From: Eledone cirrhosa
Lineage: Eukaryota
Assembly (NCBI GenBank): GCA_964016885.1
Contig: OZ024760.1
Coordinates: 806,001 to 870,000, forward strand
Length of the DNA stretch: 64,000 bases
Reading direction: 5' to 3'
Positions 44,217 to 58,798 of this stretch are shown here, in pieces. The position numbers were made by a program, and so were the translations under genes. The notes beneath the pieces are model-generated. The model was not told where the DNA came from. It ran no database searches and worked only from the letters and a program-made list of their open reading frames with translations. Numbering within the stretch: the first letter of the stretch is position 1; every line of letters begins with the position of its first letter.

Positions 44217-44806
44217 GTACAGCCTGTCTCATGGTCGGGTCGTTGGCGACTAAACTGGCAACCCCACCAAGGTTTCTTGGTGAGGAGGGTGACTTTGGAC
44301 ATCCTGCAGGACTAAAAACAAAACCTGTCAAAGGACAAAGGAGCTCTTAAGAGTCAAAATCATCCAAAATCATCCAAAATCCATCCAAAATCACCGGGAG
44401 AGATGACCCCTTAGCCTTTGTCAAGGCAGAATTCTAGGAGAAGGAAAACTCTGATATAACACCTGCAACCCTGATGGTATCCAATGATGTTGACTTGTTC
44501 TTCTTTTTGGTAAATATCATCTTGGTTAAGAGAGTGGGACTGGCTTTGTGCAGTGCCTTTGCTCACTATAAAAGCTTCACGGCACAGGCATTGCTTTATA
44601 TCTGGAGATCTCTCTGCACCTGTCGTCACATGGTACCATGGGCCCAGCACTATGTGTCAATAATTGTCACAAGTGTAGTGTTTGTACCAGAGTTTTCAAG
44701 TCTCTGGCTGGACTAAAAAGGTCCACACTCGTTCAGCGCATTCGTAGGCGTTCTCCTACACGGATATAAAGTAGTGGCCGTACTCGAAAACGAGTTGGCA
44801 ACCACC
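44217..44806 (+). mobile_element. non-autonomous RTE-derived element (5'UTR-like part plus zinc-finger 3' end)
   Basis: TAGGAGAAGGAAAACTCTGATATAACACC resembles RTE 5'UTR sequence. 3' part encodes CSVCTRVFKSLAGLK. Terminal hairpin. Second copy at 61777. Confidence 0.7.
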
Positions 44807-44918
44807 ATATATATATATATATTTTTTTTTTTCATAATCACGCATGATGGTCAACTAGCCTGCTTTTAATTTCCTTTTTGGCATATTAATCAGTGAGAAA
44901 TTTTGGTTATCGAGTTGC

Positions 44919-44999
44919 GCTCTGCTGAGGATCGAATTCCAACCGTGACCATCTCCACTTAAAGTTTTCGTGAAATAGTCTTCAAGGACTATGCAGAGC
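44919..44999 (+). ncRNA. type I hammerhead with G at the cleavage site (probably inactive)
   Basis: GCTCTG-CTGAGGA-TCGAA...TTCGT-GAAA-TAGTCT/GGACTA-TG-CAGAGC. Confidence 0.75.
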
Positions 45000-45260
45000 A
45001 TTTGAAGTTTTTTCCAAATTGAAGGATGAGTATTTTAAACTTTATTTTATCATGAGTTAAGGCTCTATTGATTTTTCCCTGGATTTCACTAAATTCTGTT
45101 GGATGAATCTATATCCTGAATCTCTTTTGAGTTGAGTTTGAATTATTTCTCTCACATCTTACGTTAACTATTTTTCCCATTTTGACGCTATAGTCACTTA
45201 TATATTATGGAATACTGTTGGCTTTTTGCTACAATATTTTCTATACCTTTCATTTATATA

Positions 45261-45330
<70 letters not shown>

Positions 45331-45332
<2 letters not shown>

Positions 45333-45492
45333 GGAAAAAGTATTACTCCGACGGCAGAGCTCAAGCCGTTTCGACGGCTATTTCTGGAGTCATACTGGGT
45401 CATACTTTTTCCTATTTCCCACTCTACTACCCTAAGTATTGAGTACTCTTGGTGCGTTATGGTCCATTTGGTTCCTTACCACAATTACTTAG

Positions 45493-45494
<2 letters not shown>
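45331..45494 (+). mobile_element. fold-back element, copy 2 (internally deleted)
   Basis: Homologous to 9511-9718. Confidence 0.75.
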
Positions 45495-45548
<54 letters not shown>

Positions 45549-45639
45549 GTAAACAGATATAACAAAACAAACGGTACAGTACATGAAGAAATATATTAGT
45601 TTAATTAGTTTAATGCTTGGAATATCAGGTAGAGAGTCT

Positions 45640-45677
<38 letters not shown>

Positions 45678-45685
45678 ATATATAT

Positions 45686-46522
45686 ATAAAATATTAAAAA
45701 AATAATGAATAAAACAATGAAACAGTTCCTTATATTAAACAAAAAAAGTTCACTATTTAACGATCGTTTCTAGGATATATATGTGTTAGAATTGGCATGC
45801 ATATTCAACAGATCTATGTACAAAATTATACAAAATTATACAAACTATCAAAATTAAAATATACATACCAACACATATATATGCCGTCTTCAGAAATAAT
45901 GAAATATATTTATTGATAATAACAACAATTCAAAATTACAGGTCTGTTTGGGAACAGAGTTCAAATTGACCAATGAAAACACAAAAAGTTTATACAGTCA
46001 GGTGTATGTATATATGTAAGTAACTTCGTTCACGAAGTAACTTCGTAACGAAGTTACTTACATATATACATACACCTAACTGTATAAACTTTTTGTGTTT
46101 TCATTGGTCAATTTGAACTCTGTTCCCAAACAGACCTGTAATTTTGAATTGTTGTTATTATCAATAAATATATTTCATTATTTCTGAAGACGGCATATAT
46201 ATGTGTTGGTATGTATATTTAATTTTGATAGTTTGTATAATTTTGTATAATTTTGTACATAGATCTGTTGAATATGCATGCCAATTCTAACACATATATA
46301 TCCTAGAAACGATCGTTAAATAGTGAACTTTTTTTGTTTAATATAAGGAACTGTTTCATTGTTTTATTCATTATTTTTTTAATATTTTATCTTGACTCTG
46401 TATTCCGTTTATCTTTCACCGAAAGTGATTTTTCATTGCATCTCTTCTTTCCATGATATCCGGATTACATTGAGTTCTTCATACGGATTGGACACTACCG
46501 TAAACTCTGGTAGATTTTATCT

Positions 46523-46523
<1 letters not shown>
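45686..46523 (+). mobile_element. palindromic PLE-like insert (~345-bp arms) plus tail
   Basis: Arms 45686-46030 and 46047-46390, tail 46391-46523, (TA)n flanks. A family fragment lies at ~41550-41638. Confidence 0.88.
46174..46327 (+). ncRNA. type I hammerhead with ~115-nt stem II (mirror copy on minus strand 45749-45903)
   Basis: TTCATTATTT-CTGAAGA(46184-90)-long stem II-GAAA(46306-09)-CGATCG-TT-AAATAGTGAA. Confidence 0.82.
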
Positions 46524-46599
<76 letters not shown>

Positions 46600-46654
46600 A
46601 TATATATATTTATGATATATGTGATATATATATATATATACATATATATATATG

Positions 46655-46747
<93 letters not shown>

Positions 46748-46815
46748 TAGACAACATTTGCAGCGTTGTGAAATATCATTAAAAGCATCAAGTATGCTGC
46801 CTATGTTAACCTATT

Positions 46816-48733
46816 ATGTGTGTACGTGTATGTGTGTGTGCGCATGTGTTTTGTACGTGTATGTGTGTGTGCGCATGAGTTTGTACGTGTATGTGTGTGT
46901 GCGCATGAGTTTGTACGTGTATGTGTGTGTGCGCATGAGTTTGTACGTGTATGTGTGTGTGCGCATGAGTTTGTACGTGTATGTGTGTGTGCGCATGTGT
47001 TTGTACGTGTATGTGTGTGTGTGTACGCATGTGTTTGTACGTGTATGTGTGTGTGCGCATGAGTTTGTACGTGTATGTGTGTGTGCGCATGAGTTTGTAC
47101 GTGTATGTGTGTGTGCGCATGTGTTTGTACGTGTATGTTGTGTGTTAGCATGAGTTTGTACGTGTATGTGTGTGTGCGCATGTGTTTGTACGTGTATGTG
47201 TGTGTGCGCACGTGTTTGTACGTGTGTGTGCGCACGAGTTTGTACGTGTATGTGTGTGTGCATGTGTTTGTACGTGTATGTGTGTGTGCATGTGTTTGTA
47301 CGTGTATGTGTGTGTGCGCATGTGTTTGTACGTGTATGTGTGTGTGTTAGCATGAGTTTGTACGTGTATGTGTGTGTGCGCATGTGTTTGTACGTGTATG
47401 TGTGTGTGCGCACGTGTTTGTACGTGTGTGTGCGCACCGTGTTTGTACGTGTATGTGTGTGTACGCATGTGTTTGTACGTGTATGTGTGTGTGCATGTGT
47501 TTTGTACGTGTATGTGTGTGTGCGCATGTGTTTGTACGTGTATGTGTGTGTGTTAGCATGTGTTTGTACGTGTATGTGTGTGTGTTAGCATGTGTTTGTA
47601 CGTGTATGTGTGTGTGTTAGCATGTGTTTGTACGTGTATGTGTGTGTGCATGTGTTTGTACGTGTATGTGTGTGTGCGCACGAGTTTGTACGTGTATGTG
47701 TGTGTGCGCATGTGTGTGTACGTGTATCTGTGTGTGCGCACGAGTTTGTACGTGTATGTGTGTGTGTGCATGTGTTTTGTATGTGTATGTGTGTGCGCGC
47801 ATGTGTTTGTACGTGTATGTGTGTGTGCGCACGTGTTTTGTACGTGTATGTGTGTGTACGCATGTGTTTGTATGTGTATCTGTGTGTGCGCACGAGTTTG
47901 TACGTGTATGTGTGTGTGTGTGCATGTGTTTGTATGTGTATGTGTGTGTGCGCATGTGTTTGTACGTGTATGTGTGTGTGTTAGCATGAGTTTGTACGTG
48001 TATGTGTGTGTGCGCATGTGTTTGTACGTGTATGTGTGTGTGCGCATGTGTTTGTACGTGTATGTGTGTGTGCGCACGTGTTTGTACGTGTGTGTGCGCA
48101 CGAGTTTGTACGTGTATGTGTGTGTGCGCATGTGTTTGTACGTGTATGTGTGTGTGCGCACGTGTTTGTACGTGTATGTGTGTGTGCGCATGTGTTTGTA
48201 CGTGTATGTGTGTGTGCATGTGTTTGTACGTGTATGTGTGTGTGCGCACGAGTTTGTACGTGTATGTGTGTGTGCGCATGTGTGTGTACGTGTATCTGTG
48301 TGTGCGCACGAGTTTGTACGTGTATGTGTGTGTGTGCATGTGTTTGTACGTGTATGTGTGTGTGTGTTAGCATGAGTTTGTACGTGTATGTGTGTGTGCG
48401 CATGAGTTTGTACGTGTATGTGTGTGTGCGCATGTGTTTGTACGTGTATGTGTGTGTGCGCATGTGTTTGTACGTGTATGTGTGTGTGTTAGCATGAGTT
48501 TGTACGTGTATGTGTGTGTGCGCATGAGTTTGTACGTGTATGTGTGTGTGCGCATGTGTTTGTACGTGTATGTGTGTGTGCGCATGTGTTTGTACGTGTA
48601 TGTGTGTGTGCGCATGTGTTTGTACGTGTATGTGTGTGTGTTAGCATGTGTTTGTACGTGTATGTGTGTGTGTGCATGTGTTTGTACGTGTATGTGTGTG
48701 TGTGCATGTGTTTGTACGTGTATGTGTGTGTGT
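46816..48733. repeat. ~30-bp minisatellite GTGTGTGTGCGCATGTGTTTGTACGTGTAT
   Basis: Directly visible. Confidence 0.95.
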
Positions 48734-48886
48734 CTTTACTCGAGGTGAAGTTAACTAGTAAATTCCTGTAGAAATATACCCGACGATGTGATACATGTCC
48801 GACAGCGAGTTATCTCCCCCTGTGTGTCAATGCCCACTTAATGTTTCAGATCTTAGGAGAATTACTAGATTGTGATAGCATGCATG

Positions 48887-49217
48887 GCGTTGATGATGAT
48901 GATGATGATGGCGGTGGTGGCGTTGATGATGATGGTGGTGGTGATAGTGGTGGTGGTGGTGGTGGTGATGATAGTGGTGGTGGTGGTGGTGGTGGTGGTG
49001 TTGATGATGATGGTGATAGTGGTGGTGCTGGTGGTGCTGGTGATGATAGTGGTGGTGGTGGTGGTGGTGGTGTTGATGATGATGGTGATCGTGATAGTGG
49101 TGGTGGTGGTGGTGATGATAGTGGTGATGGTGGTGGTGGTGTTGATGATGATGGTGATCGTGATAGTGGTGGTGGTGGTGGTGATGATACTGGTGGTGGT
49201 GGTGGTGGTGGTGGTGT

Positions 49218-49252
<35 letters not shown>

Positions 49253-49340
49253 GCCATCATCATCAATATCATCAGCTGCAGGATTATCACCAACATCATC
49301 GTCATGGTATTAGAAGAAAATTACTACTACTAATAATAAC

Positions 49341-49392
<52 letters not shown>

Positions 49393-49412
49393 GTAATAAT
49401 AAATATAATAAT
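48887..49412. repeat. (GGT)n/(GAT)n then (TAA)n triplet repeats
   Basis: Directly visible. Confidence 0.9.
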
Positions 49413-49844
49413 CTGAAGAAGAAGAAGAGACAATAAAGATTTTTAAATAAAAAAAATATCGACGAAAGCAATATAATGGGGCGGTGGAAGGATAAGAGAA
49501 GGGTGGGGGTGATAGGGACCAGGAAACATAAGGAGTTCCAGGGGATATATATATATATATATATATGATAGGGCCTCTAGCCCCACTTTACACACCCCAC
49601 ACACACGCACGCACACACCCCCACTTATTCTCTCTCACACATACACACACAAAACCAGTTCTAACACCAGATAACACCTACCCCCCACTTTTACGATTAG
49701 ACCTATCTTCCCACACTCACACACACACACATACCTACATCATGCTTTCTCCCACACACATATACAGGCACGCATATAAAATTTACATAACACAACAAAA
49801 ACATAAACAAACCCCTCTTAAAGGGAGACTACTCTTTACCCATA

Positions 49845-49940
<96 letters not shown>

Positions 49941-50205
49941 GAGAGAGAGGAAAGATGGGCGAAAAGAAGGAGAAAAGTAAAAAGGTAACGCGGAAAATAA
50001 GACAAAAAAGGGGGAAATATATATATAAAAAAAGAGTCAGATGTATAAAATACACACAAGAAAATAAAGAAAATACAAAGGACAAAGAAGATGTCGACTC
50101 TAATTACATTTACAGAAATCAGAATCCATTTCCTGTCCGTGAAATCTTGTATTTCCATAAGTAAAAATGTCGGCTTTGATTATCGAATAAAAAGTTATAT
50201 TTCCG

Positions 50206-50312
<107 letters not shown>

Positions 50313-50342
50313 ACACATATATATGTATATATATATATGTAT

Positions 50343-50384
<42 letters not shown>

Positions 50385-50631
50385 GGGTGTGTATATATAT
50401 ATATCTATGTATGTATGTATGTATAAAACCATTTGAAAACCATTCGTTCGTCGCTATCTTCATCATATTTTTTTTTTAAATTTATTCTCAGTTTTGTTAT
50501 TGTTGTTGTTCCTCATTTTTGTCTTCGTCTTCGTCGCCCCCCACCCTTCAGTGGGTGTGTATGTATGTATATAAGTATCTATGTATATACGTATGTATGT
50601 GTGTGTATGTAAGTGTACATATATATATATA

Positions 50632-50825
50632 TAGGAAACAGTATGACCCCGATGGCAGAGCTCAAGCCGTTTCGACGGAAATAGCCGTCCAGAAATAGCC
50701 GTCGAAACGGCTTGAGCTCTGCCGTCGGGGTCATACTTTTTCCTATTTCCCACTCTACTACCCTAAGTATTGAGTACTCTGGTGTGTTATGGTCCATTTG
50801 GTTCCTTACCACAATTCCTTTGTTA
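50632..50825 (+). mobile_element. fold-back element, copy 3
   Basis: Homologous to 9511-9718. GAAA(50704-07)-CGGC...GCCG-TC-GGGGTC is intact. Confidence 0.78.
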
Positions 50826-50852
50826 TATATATATATATATATATATATACGG

Positions 50853-50922
<70 letters not shown>

Positions 50923-50956
50923 GGGTATGTGTGTATATATATATATATATATACGG

Positions 50957-50989
<33 letters not shown>

Positions 50990-51064
50990 CATATATATAT
51001 ACGGGTGTGTGTGTATATATATATATATATACGGGTGTGTGTGTATATATATATATATATATGG

Positions 51065-51099
<35 letters not shown>

Positions 51100-51270
51100 A
51101 GTAACGAAGATCATTGGTATTAAGTCAACGTTCTCCGGCCAACGTCTAGCTCACTCAATTAATCTATTGAATTGCAGCAATGCAAATGCAACTAGCTGTT
51201 CAGAGCTCACAGATTCAGTTAATAGCAGATACGGTGGATGTGTTTTTGTAGAAATATAAGTAAAAATCTC

Positions 51271-51403
51271 ACCTCCTAGACGATATCGTTTCTGTGCAAT
51301 ATAACTTCACTGATGTAGATATTCCATCTGCAATGTTCAGAAAGTCACGTAATATCAGCAGATATTTACGTAACCGAGCTATTACACGTCTTCAGCAGGC
51401 GGC
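51271..51403 (-). ncRNA. type I hammerhead with ~96-nt branched stem II
   Basis: Minus strand: GCCGCCTG-CTGAAGA-CGTGTAATA...TATTGCACA-GAAA-CGATATCG-TC-TAGGAGGT. Lies in an insert at 51100-51407. Confidence 0.85.
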
Positions 51404-51554
51404 CCAGTATGTATATGTATATGAGTATCTATACATGTGTCTATATATATATATATATGTATAGGCCTCGAGCCTATAGTAGAAATCATTTTGTAAAATC
51501 TCACCATTTTGCCTCATTTTTCCCCGTTTGGGGTCACTTTTTTTCATGGTACTT

Positions 51555-52000
51555 CCCATCTTGGTTGTTACAGGCTGGTAGGTCTGACATTGCCATAATA
51601 ATGTGTTAACCCATCCCAAGATGTTGTTGCTACATAGCTCTCTAATACGTTAACCCACTCCTAGAGACACTATAGCGTTGTAATGACAATGTTGCTATTA
51701 CTATGATGATGTGTTAACCCATCCCAAGAGGTTTCAATGTTCCTACATTGCAATGATAATGTATTAAACCTACCCCAAGATGCTGTTACTACAATGCTGC
51801 TACATTGCTGTCTGATAAGTTAACCCACTCCTAGATAACCCACTCCTGTTGTGACGATAATGTATTAAATCCACCCCAAGATGCTGTTGCTACAATGCTG
51901 CTACATTGCTGTCTAATAAGTTAACCCACTCCTAGATAACCAACTCCTGTTGTGACGATAATTAGTTACCCCATCCCAAGAGGCTGTTGCTACAATGATG
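51555..52000. repeat. degenerate tandem repeat (TTAACCCATCCCAAGATG...GCTACATTGC)
   Basis: Motif recurs near 51606, 51714, 51764, 51864 and 51966. Confidence 0.7.
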
Positions 52001-52057
52001 TCGTAACACCAGCAATGTTGAAATTTCATAATATATAAATATATATTTCATTATAAA

Positions 52058-52871
52058 GGGCGGTGGATTGGCAGTATCGGTAGAGGATCGGACGCCATCC
52101 TTTGGCGCATAGAGTTACGGCCCTTGCCATTCTGAGTTCAAATCCCGCCAAGGTTAACTTTGCCTTTCATCCTTACGGGGTCGATAAAATAAAGTACCAG
52201 TAATGTACTGGGTAATTGCTGGCCTTGTGCCAATAGTAGAAACAATTATATATAAATATATAATACATAATATATAATATATAGTATATATAAATATATA
52301 AATATATAATTGTTTCTACTATTGGCACAAGGCCAGCAATTATCCCAGTACATTACTGGTACTTTATTTTATCTACCCCCGTAAGGATGAAAGGCAAAGT
52401 TAACCTCGGCGAGATTTGAATTCAGACTGGCAAGGGCCGTAACTCTATGCGTCAAAGCATGGCGTCCGATCCTCTACCGATACTGTTATATAATATATAA
52501 TATATATAATATATATAAATATATATTATATATAATATATATAAATATATAATATATATAAATAAGGATGAAAGGCAAAGTTAACCTCGGCGAGATTTGA
52601 ATTCAGACTGGCAAGAGCCGTAACTCCATGCGTCAAAGCATGGCGTCCGACCCACTACCGATACTGATATATAATATATAATATATATAATATATATAAA
52701 TATATATTATATATAATATATATAATATATATAAATATATAATTGTTTCTACTTTTGGCACAAGGCCAGCAATTACCCAGTACATTACTGGTACTTTATT
52801 TTATCGACCCCGTAAGGATGAAAGGCAAAGTTAACCTCGGCAGGATTTGAACTCAGAATGATAAGGGCCGT
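52058..52871. mobile_element. cluster of four SINE family A copies
   Basis: 52058-52249 on plus; 52307-52485, 52563-52666 and 52740-52871 on minus. Confidence 0.9.
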
Positions 52872-53749
52872 ATAATATATATAATATATGATATATATAA
52901 TATATAATATATATTATGTCTAAGGAGATGATATTGAAAATATGCCAATTAGTTTTACCATTTTCGCTCTTTATTATATTATTTCTTGATAAAAAAAAAC
53001 GAACGACCATTTCTCAGCCAATTTTTCTTGTAGACTCCAAGCCAAACTGCAAAGAGATAGAGAACATACACTGGTTCCTCTCTTGAAGAACACTTCTATA
53101 GTTATGTTGACATGGCTCATTGGTTCTTTATTTGCCAAATTATTGCTTACAGCAGAGAACATATCTCTTTTTTTTTTTTTTGTTTTTTGTTATTTGTTTT
53201 TCTTTCTTGTTGTTTTTATTGTTAAGTTGTTATGTTGTTGTTGTTATGCTGTTTTGTTTAAAATTGATTATTATTATTTTTTTTTTTTTGCGTGTGCGGT
53301 TTTTTTTAATGTTTTTTTTTTCTCCTGTTGCTGGTAGTGATGGGGCTGGTGTTGGAGGTGGCGGTGATGGTGGCGGAGATGGTGGTGGTGGTGGTGGTGG
53401 TGTCGGTGGTGGAGGTGGTGGTGGTGTCGGTGGTGATGGGATGACGTAACGTTCTCGTATATATATGAATACGTATATTATGTATACACACAAACACACA
53501 CATGAGTTACATATATATATATATATATAGTATATATCTATATCTATATATATAGTATATATATATATATACTAAACATATATATATATATATATATATA
53601 TAGTATATATATATATCTATATATATAGTATATATATATATATATACTAAACATATATATATATATATATATATACTATATATATATATATACTATATAT
53701 ATATATATACTATATATATACTATATGTATATATATATATATATATATA

Positions 53750-53780
<31 letters not shown>

Positions 53781-53855
53781 CTATATATATATATATATAC
53801 TATATATATTTTATACTATATATATATACATATATATATATATATACATATATAT

Positions 53856-54365
<510 letters not shown>

Positions 54366-54400
54366 ATATACTATATATATGTATATATATATACTGTATA

Positions 54401-54509
<109 letters not shown>

Positions 54510-54537
54510 TATTCATATATATATTTATATATATATA

Positions 54538-54599
<62 letters not shown>

Positions 54600-54639
54600 A
54601 TACTATATATATATATATACTGTATATATTATACATATG

Positions 54640-54670
<31 letters not shown>

Positions 54671-55199
54671 CACTATACATATATATATATATATGTAGGA
54701 CCAAGGAAGGACGCCTGAAGTCTCCACTGTCAAGGACACGACTGCAGACCTGCTGGACAACGACCGGTATTTGGAAATTTTGGCTGACCTTTAGCAGAAC
54801 CTGGGTCAGTCGCAGGCTATAAAACAGTTTCCAGTCAACCCGAGCCCCCAATCTTCCGCGCGGTAATATCGAACCTGGGACCTAGTTATATCCAACCAAA
54901 CCTCTTTACCATTCAGCCACGCAATGTCTATACTTAATCTAATCTAATCTGGCCGAGTTTACACTCGCACATAAGAAGAAACAGAGCCGCCTCTTGGAAC
55001 ATTGGATTTGGTGTACTTCATATTTGTTTCGGTTTCTGAATACAATCAGGAGTCACTGCTTCTCCTCAAGGTCAATAGTTCTCTTCTAACTCGAGTAGGA
55101 ACGCCTTTCCATTTTCATTTTCCATTGATCGTCTGCAACGCAGCGTTGTTCTCAGAACCACTTCACCAGTTTTTTCGATGCGTGCAGCTGGAACTACTG

Positions 55200-55365
55200 C
55201 CACCCATTGATCTGGCAGGATCGCAACTCATTTCTACAGCTGAGTAAACTGCAGCAATGTGAAAAATAAAGTGTCTTGCTCAAGGACACAACACATCACC
55301 CGGTCCGAGAATCGAACTAACAACCTTTCGATTGCCAGCCCAATCCTCGTTACCATTCAGCCACG
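55200..55365 (-). mobile_element. SINE family B
   Basis: Minus strand GCGTGGCTGAATGGTAA...AGTTCGATTC...GTCCTTGAGCAAGACACTTTAT. A head fragment also lies at ~54860-54922. Confidence 0.8.
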
Positions 55366-55523
55366 CTATGTCCATACTTAAATACACACATAAATCGTTA
55401 TTTGATCTATCATTAATACGATATATTATATCTGTTGGCTTCAACTATTTCTAACTTTCCATTATCCGGATTTCCTGCCATCTATGTATCTATCTATCTA
55501 TCTATTAGTCTGTCTGTCTATAA

Positions 55524-55595
<72 letters not shown>

Positions 55596-55661
55596 ACATA
55601 TATATATATGTATATATAAATGTATACATATATACATACACATATATTTGCACACATAGAT

Positions 55662-55911
<250 letters not shown>

Positions 55912-55938
55912 GTATATATATATATACATATATATATG

Positions 55939-56005
<67 letters not shown>

Positions 56006-56812
56006 GTATATATATAGATATATATATGTGTGTGTATATATACATATATAAACTACCTACATGTCTGTCTGTATGCTAGCCATGTGTCTGGCTTTTTCTA
56101 TTTATATCTATCATTATATATATATATTATATATATATTATATATATATTATATATATATTATATATATATTATATATATATTATATATATATATTATAT
56201 ATATATTATATATATATTATATATATATATATTATATATATATATATTATATATATATATATATTAGTGTCTCTCTCTGTCTCTTTCTGTCATATATATA
56301 CACACACACATACATATAAGTATGTATGTGTGTGTGTGTGTGTATATGTATGCATGTATGTACGTATGCGTGTGTATGTAAGTGTGTGTATATATATATT
56401 GATGTATGCATGTATGTATCTATATGTATGTATGTAAAAAAAAAAATAAGAACAACGACAACAACAACAAATGAAAAAATAAAATGAAATATAACAACGA
56501 TGGCTCTGTTTTACGTGTATCGATGAGGAAATTTAAGTCAGACATCTTGGTGAACACGTGACATCCGCTGCCGATGCCAGACCCTCTCTGGCCCTACCAT
56601 CCCCACCCCAAGGTCCCTTCTCATTGTGGAATAGGATGACAACAAAGTTCAATTGTCTACCTTCTCGCGTGTCAAGGTATACTTTTAAACCGTTCCACTT
56701 TACACATATATCCATACAACACACGCTAAATGATAATATAACAAAAAAAAAAAAAAACTGATTCTCAGAGACCCAGGTCACAATTTAAGACCTGGGCCTC
56801 TGAGATGATGTC

Positions 56813-56941
56813 CCTTTACGGTTTGAGTTCAAATCCCGCTGAGCTTAGCTTTGCCTTTCATCCTTACGGGGTCGATCAAATAAAGTACCAGTAATGCACT
56901 GAGATAATTGCAGGCCTTGTGCCAAAAGTAGAAACAATTAT
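56813..56941 (+). mobile_element. SINE family A, 5' truncated
   Basis: B box and body present. Confidence 0.8.
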
Positions 56942-57335
56942 TTTAAATTGTCATCTACTGGTCCTTCATCAGTCATCCCCGCCGTGTTTTTAATTTTGTC
57001 ATCTAGTGATTTATCCTCAGTCCTCCTGGCCCTGCTTTCAATTTTGTCTTCATTCCTCCCCGCCCTGCTTTCAAGCTTGTTATCTAGTGGTCCTTCCTCA
57101 GTCCTCCCTGCAGTGTTTTCAAGTTTATCATCTTGTGGATTTTTCTCAGCCCCCCCCCCCCCCCGCTCTATTTTTAATTTTGTTATTCAGTGATTTTTCT
57201 TCAGTCCTCCGCATCCTTTTTTAAAATTTGTCATCTAGTGATCTTTTCCCCATTCCTCCCCGTCTTGATCTTAATTTTGTCATCTAGTGATTTTGTCTTC
57301 AGTCCTCTCCGCTCTGTTTTTAATTTTGTCATCTT
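56942..57335. repeat. ~50-bp degenerate tandem repeat (TTTTAATTTTGTCATCTAGTGA...CAGTCCTCC)
   Basis: About seven diverged units. Confidence 0.75.
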
Positions 57336-58262
57336 GTGAGCACCATATTAACACGAACTAGATTTTCAAACCTCAATAAACGTAAGTCCCATTTTAAATT
57401 GGAAACTTCTAATTTTTCCCGGAATCCTTCTCCTGTTTTGAATTGTGAACTACTAATTTCTCTTCAATCCTCACCTGATCACCATATTAACATGAACAAA
57501 TTTTCACAAACATCTTCTTTCAATCTTCAAACGTTACCCCCTTTTAAATCCTCATCTCGTAATATTTCATCCAAGCGCCATATCAACGTGAGCAAATTTT
57601 TCAAGCCTTAATAGTTGAATAGTCTTAGCGTTCTTAGAGAACGAGGTCACATACCTACACATGTAATCCCAGTTTAATTCAATCCTACTCCATTTAAATT
57701 GACATCTAGTAATCTTTCACCTAAGCAACATATTAACAGGAGAAAATTATTTAAGTCTGAATAATTCTATAGTGTAGTGGTTCTCAGGAAACCAAGTCAT
57801 ATTCCCCGCCTTTGCAAATCCCAGTTTTCCTCAATCTTACTCCATTTAAAATTGTCATCTAGTAATCCTTTAGCTCAGAGGTTCTTAAATTTTGTGCGTC
57901 ACCGCACCGCCCTCCCTCTTGGCCACGTAAAACCCTCATCCCCCCCCCCCCCCCCCCCTATTTATACATATACCTGCCCACATGCAAATTGTAAATAATA
58001 TATAATAAATAAAATCGTTAATTTTTTATATAATAAATAATATAATATATACTATGTATAAATATATACTTTTTATTTTACTATATTTATATATAATATT
58101 TGATATTTGATATTTTCATATTATCAGGGCCCAAAATTTGACTACCCACATTTTTGAGGGACGAATACAGGGGAAAGGGGCCAGGAGACGGCAGAATATG
58201 AGATGGACAGATGATATTAAGGAATAACAAAATAACGAGAGAATGTATATATATACACACAC

Positions 58263-58402
<140 letters not shown>

Positions 58403-58798
58403 TACATGAATCAAAGTTCAGTTTAAATCATTTATTTGCTTACAATTGTTTCCTCCAAACCGAGGTTTGGTTTCTTCGGAGCAACTATTTAGTGATTTTT
58501 TACATACTTGACCTCCTTTTCAACACAAGAGATGACATCTATCATAATAATCTATCAACACAGTGGGATGACATCTATCATAATAATATAGCATGCCAAT
58601 TTACATACAAAGGTTACAGTCATGTTAAAGGACAACATTAAAGTTAAAATAAAAATTAAAATAAAACATTGGCAGTTTATGAAGATAAAGCAAAAGGAAA
58701 GTTTAGAGTAGTCAGTGTATGAAACAGTCTCACTATCTATAGCTACTATCCAGACTTCTACACAACATAATAACCGGAAGACTAACACCCAGAATAAT

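Noticed and set aside
48841-49416. Gly/Asp-rich ORF (and His/Pro/Thr-rich ORFs at 62626-63728)
   Set aside because: Triplet-repeat low-complexity DNA, open in several frames.
53015-53160. Possible exon after a TTTTCTTGTAG acceptor-like site
   Set aside because: No convincing donor site or recognisable peptide.
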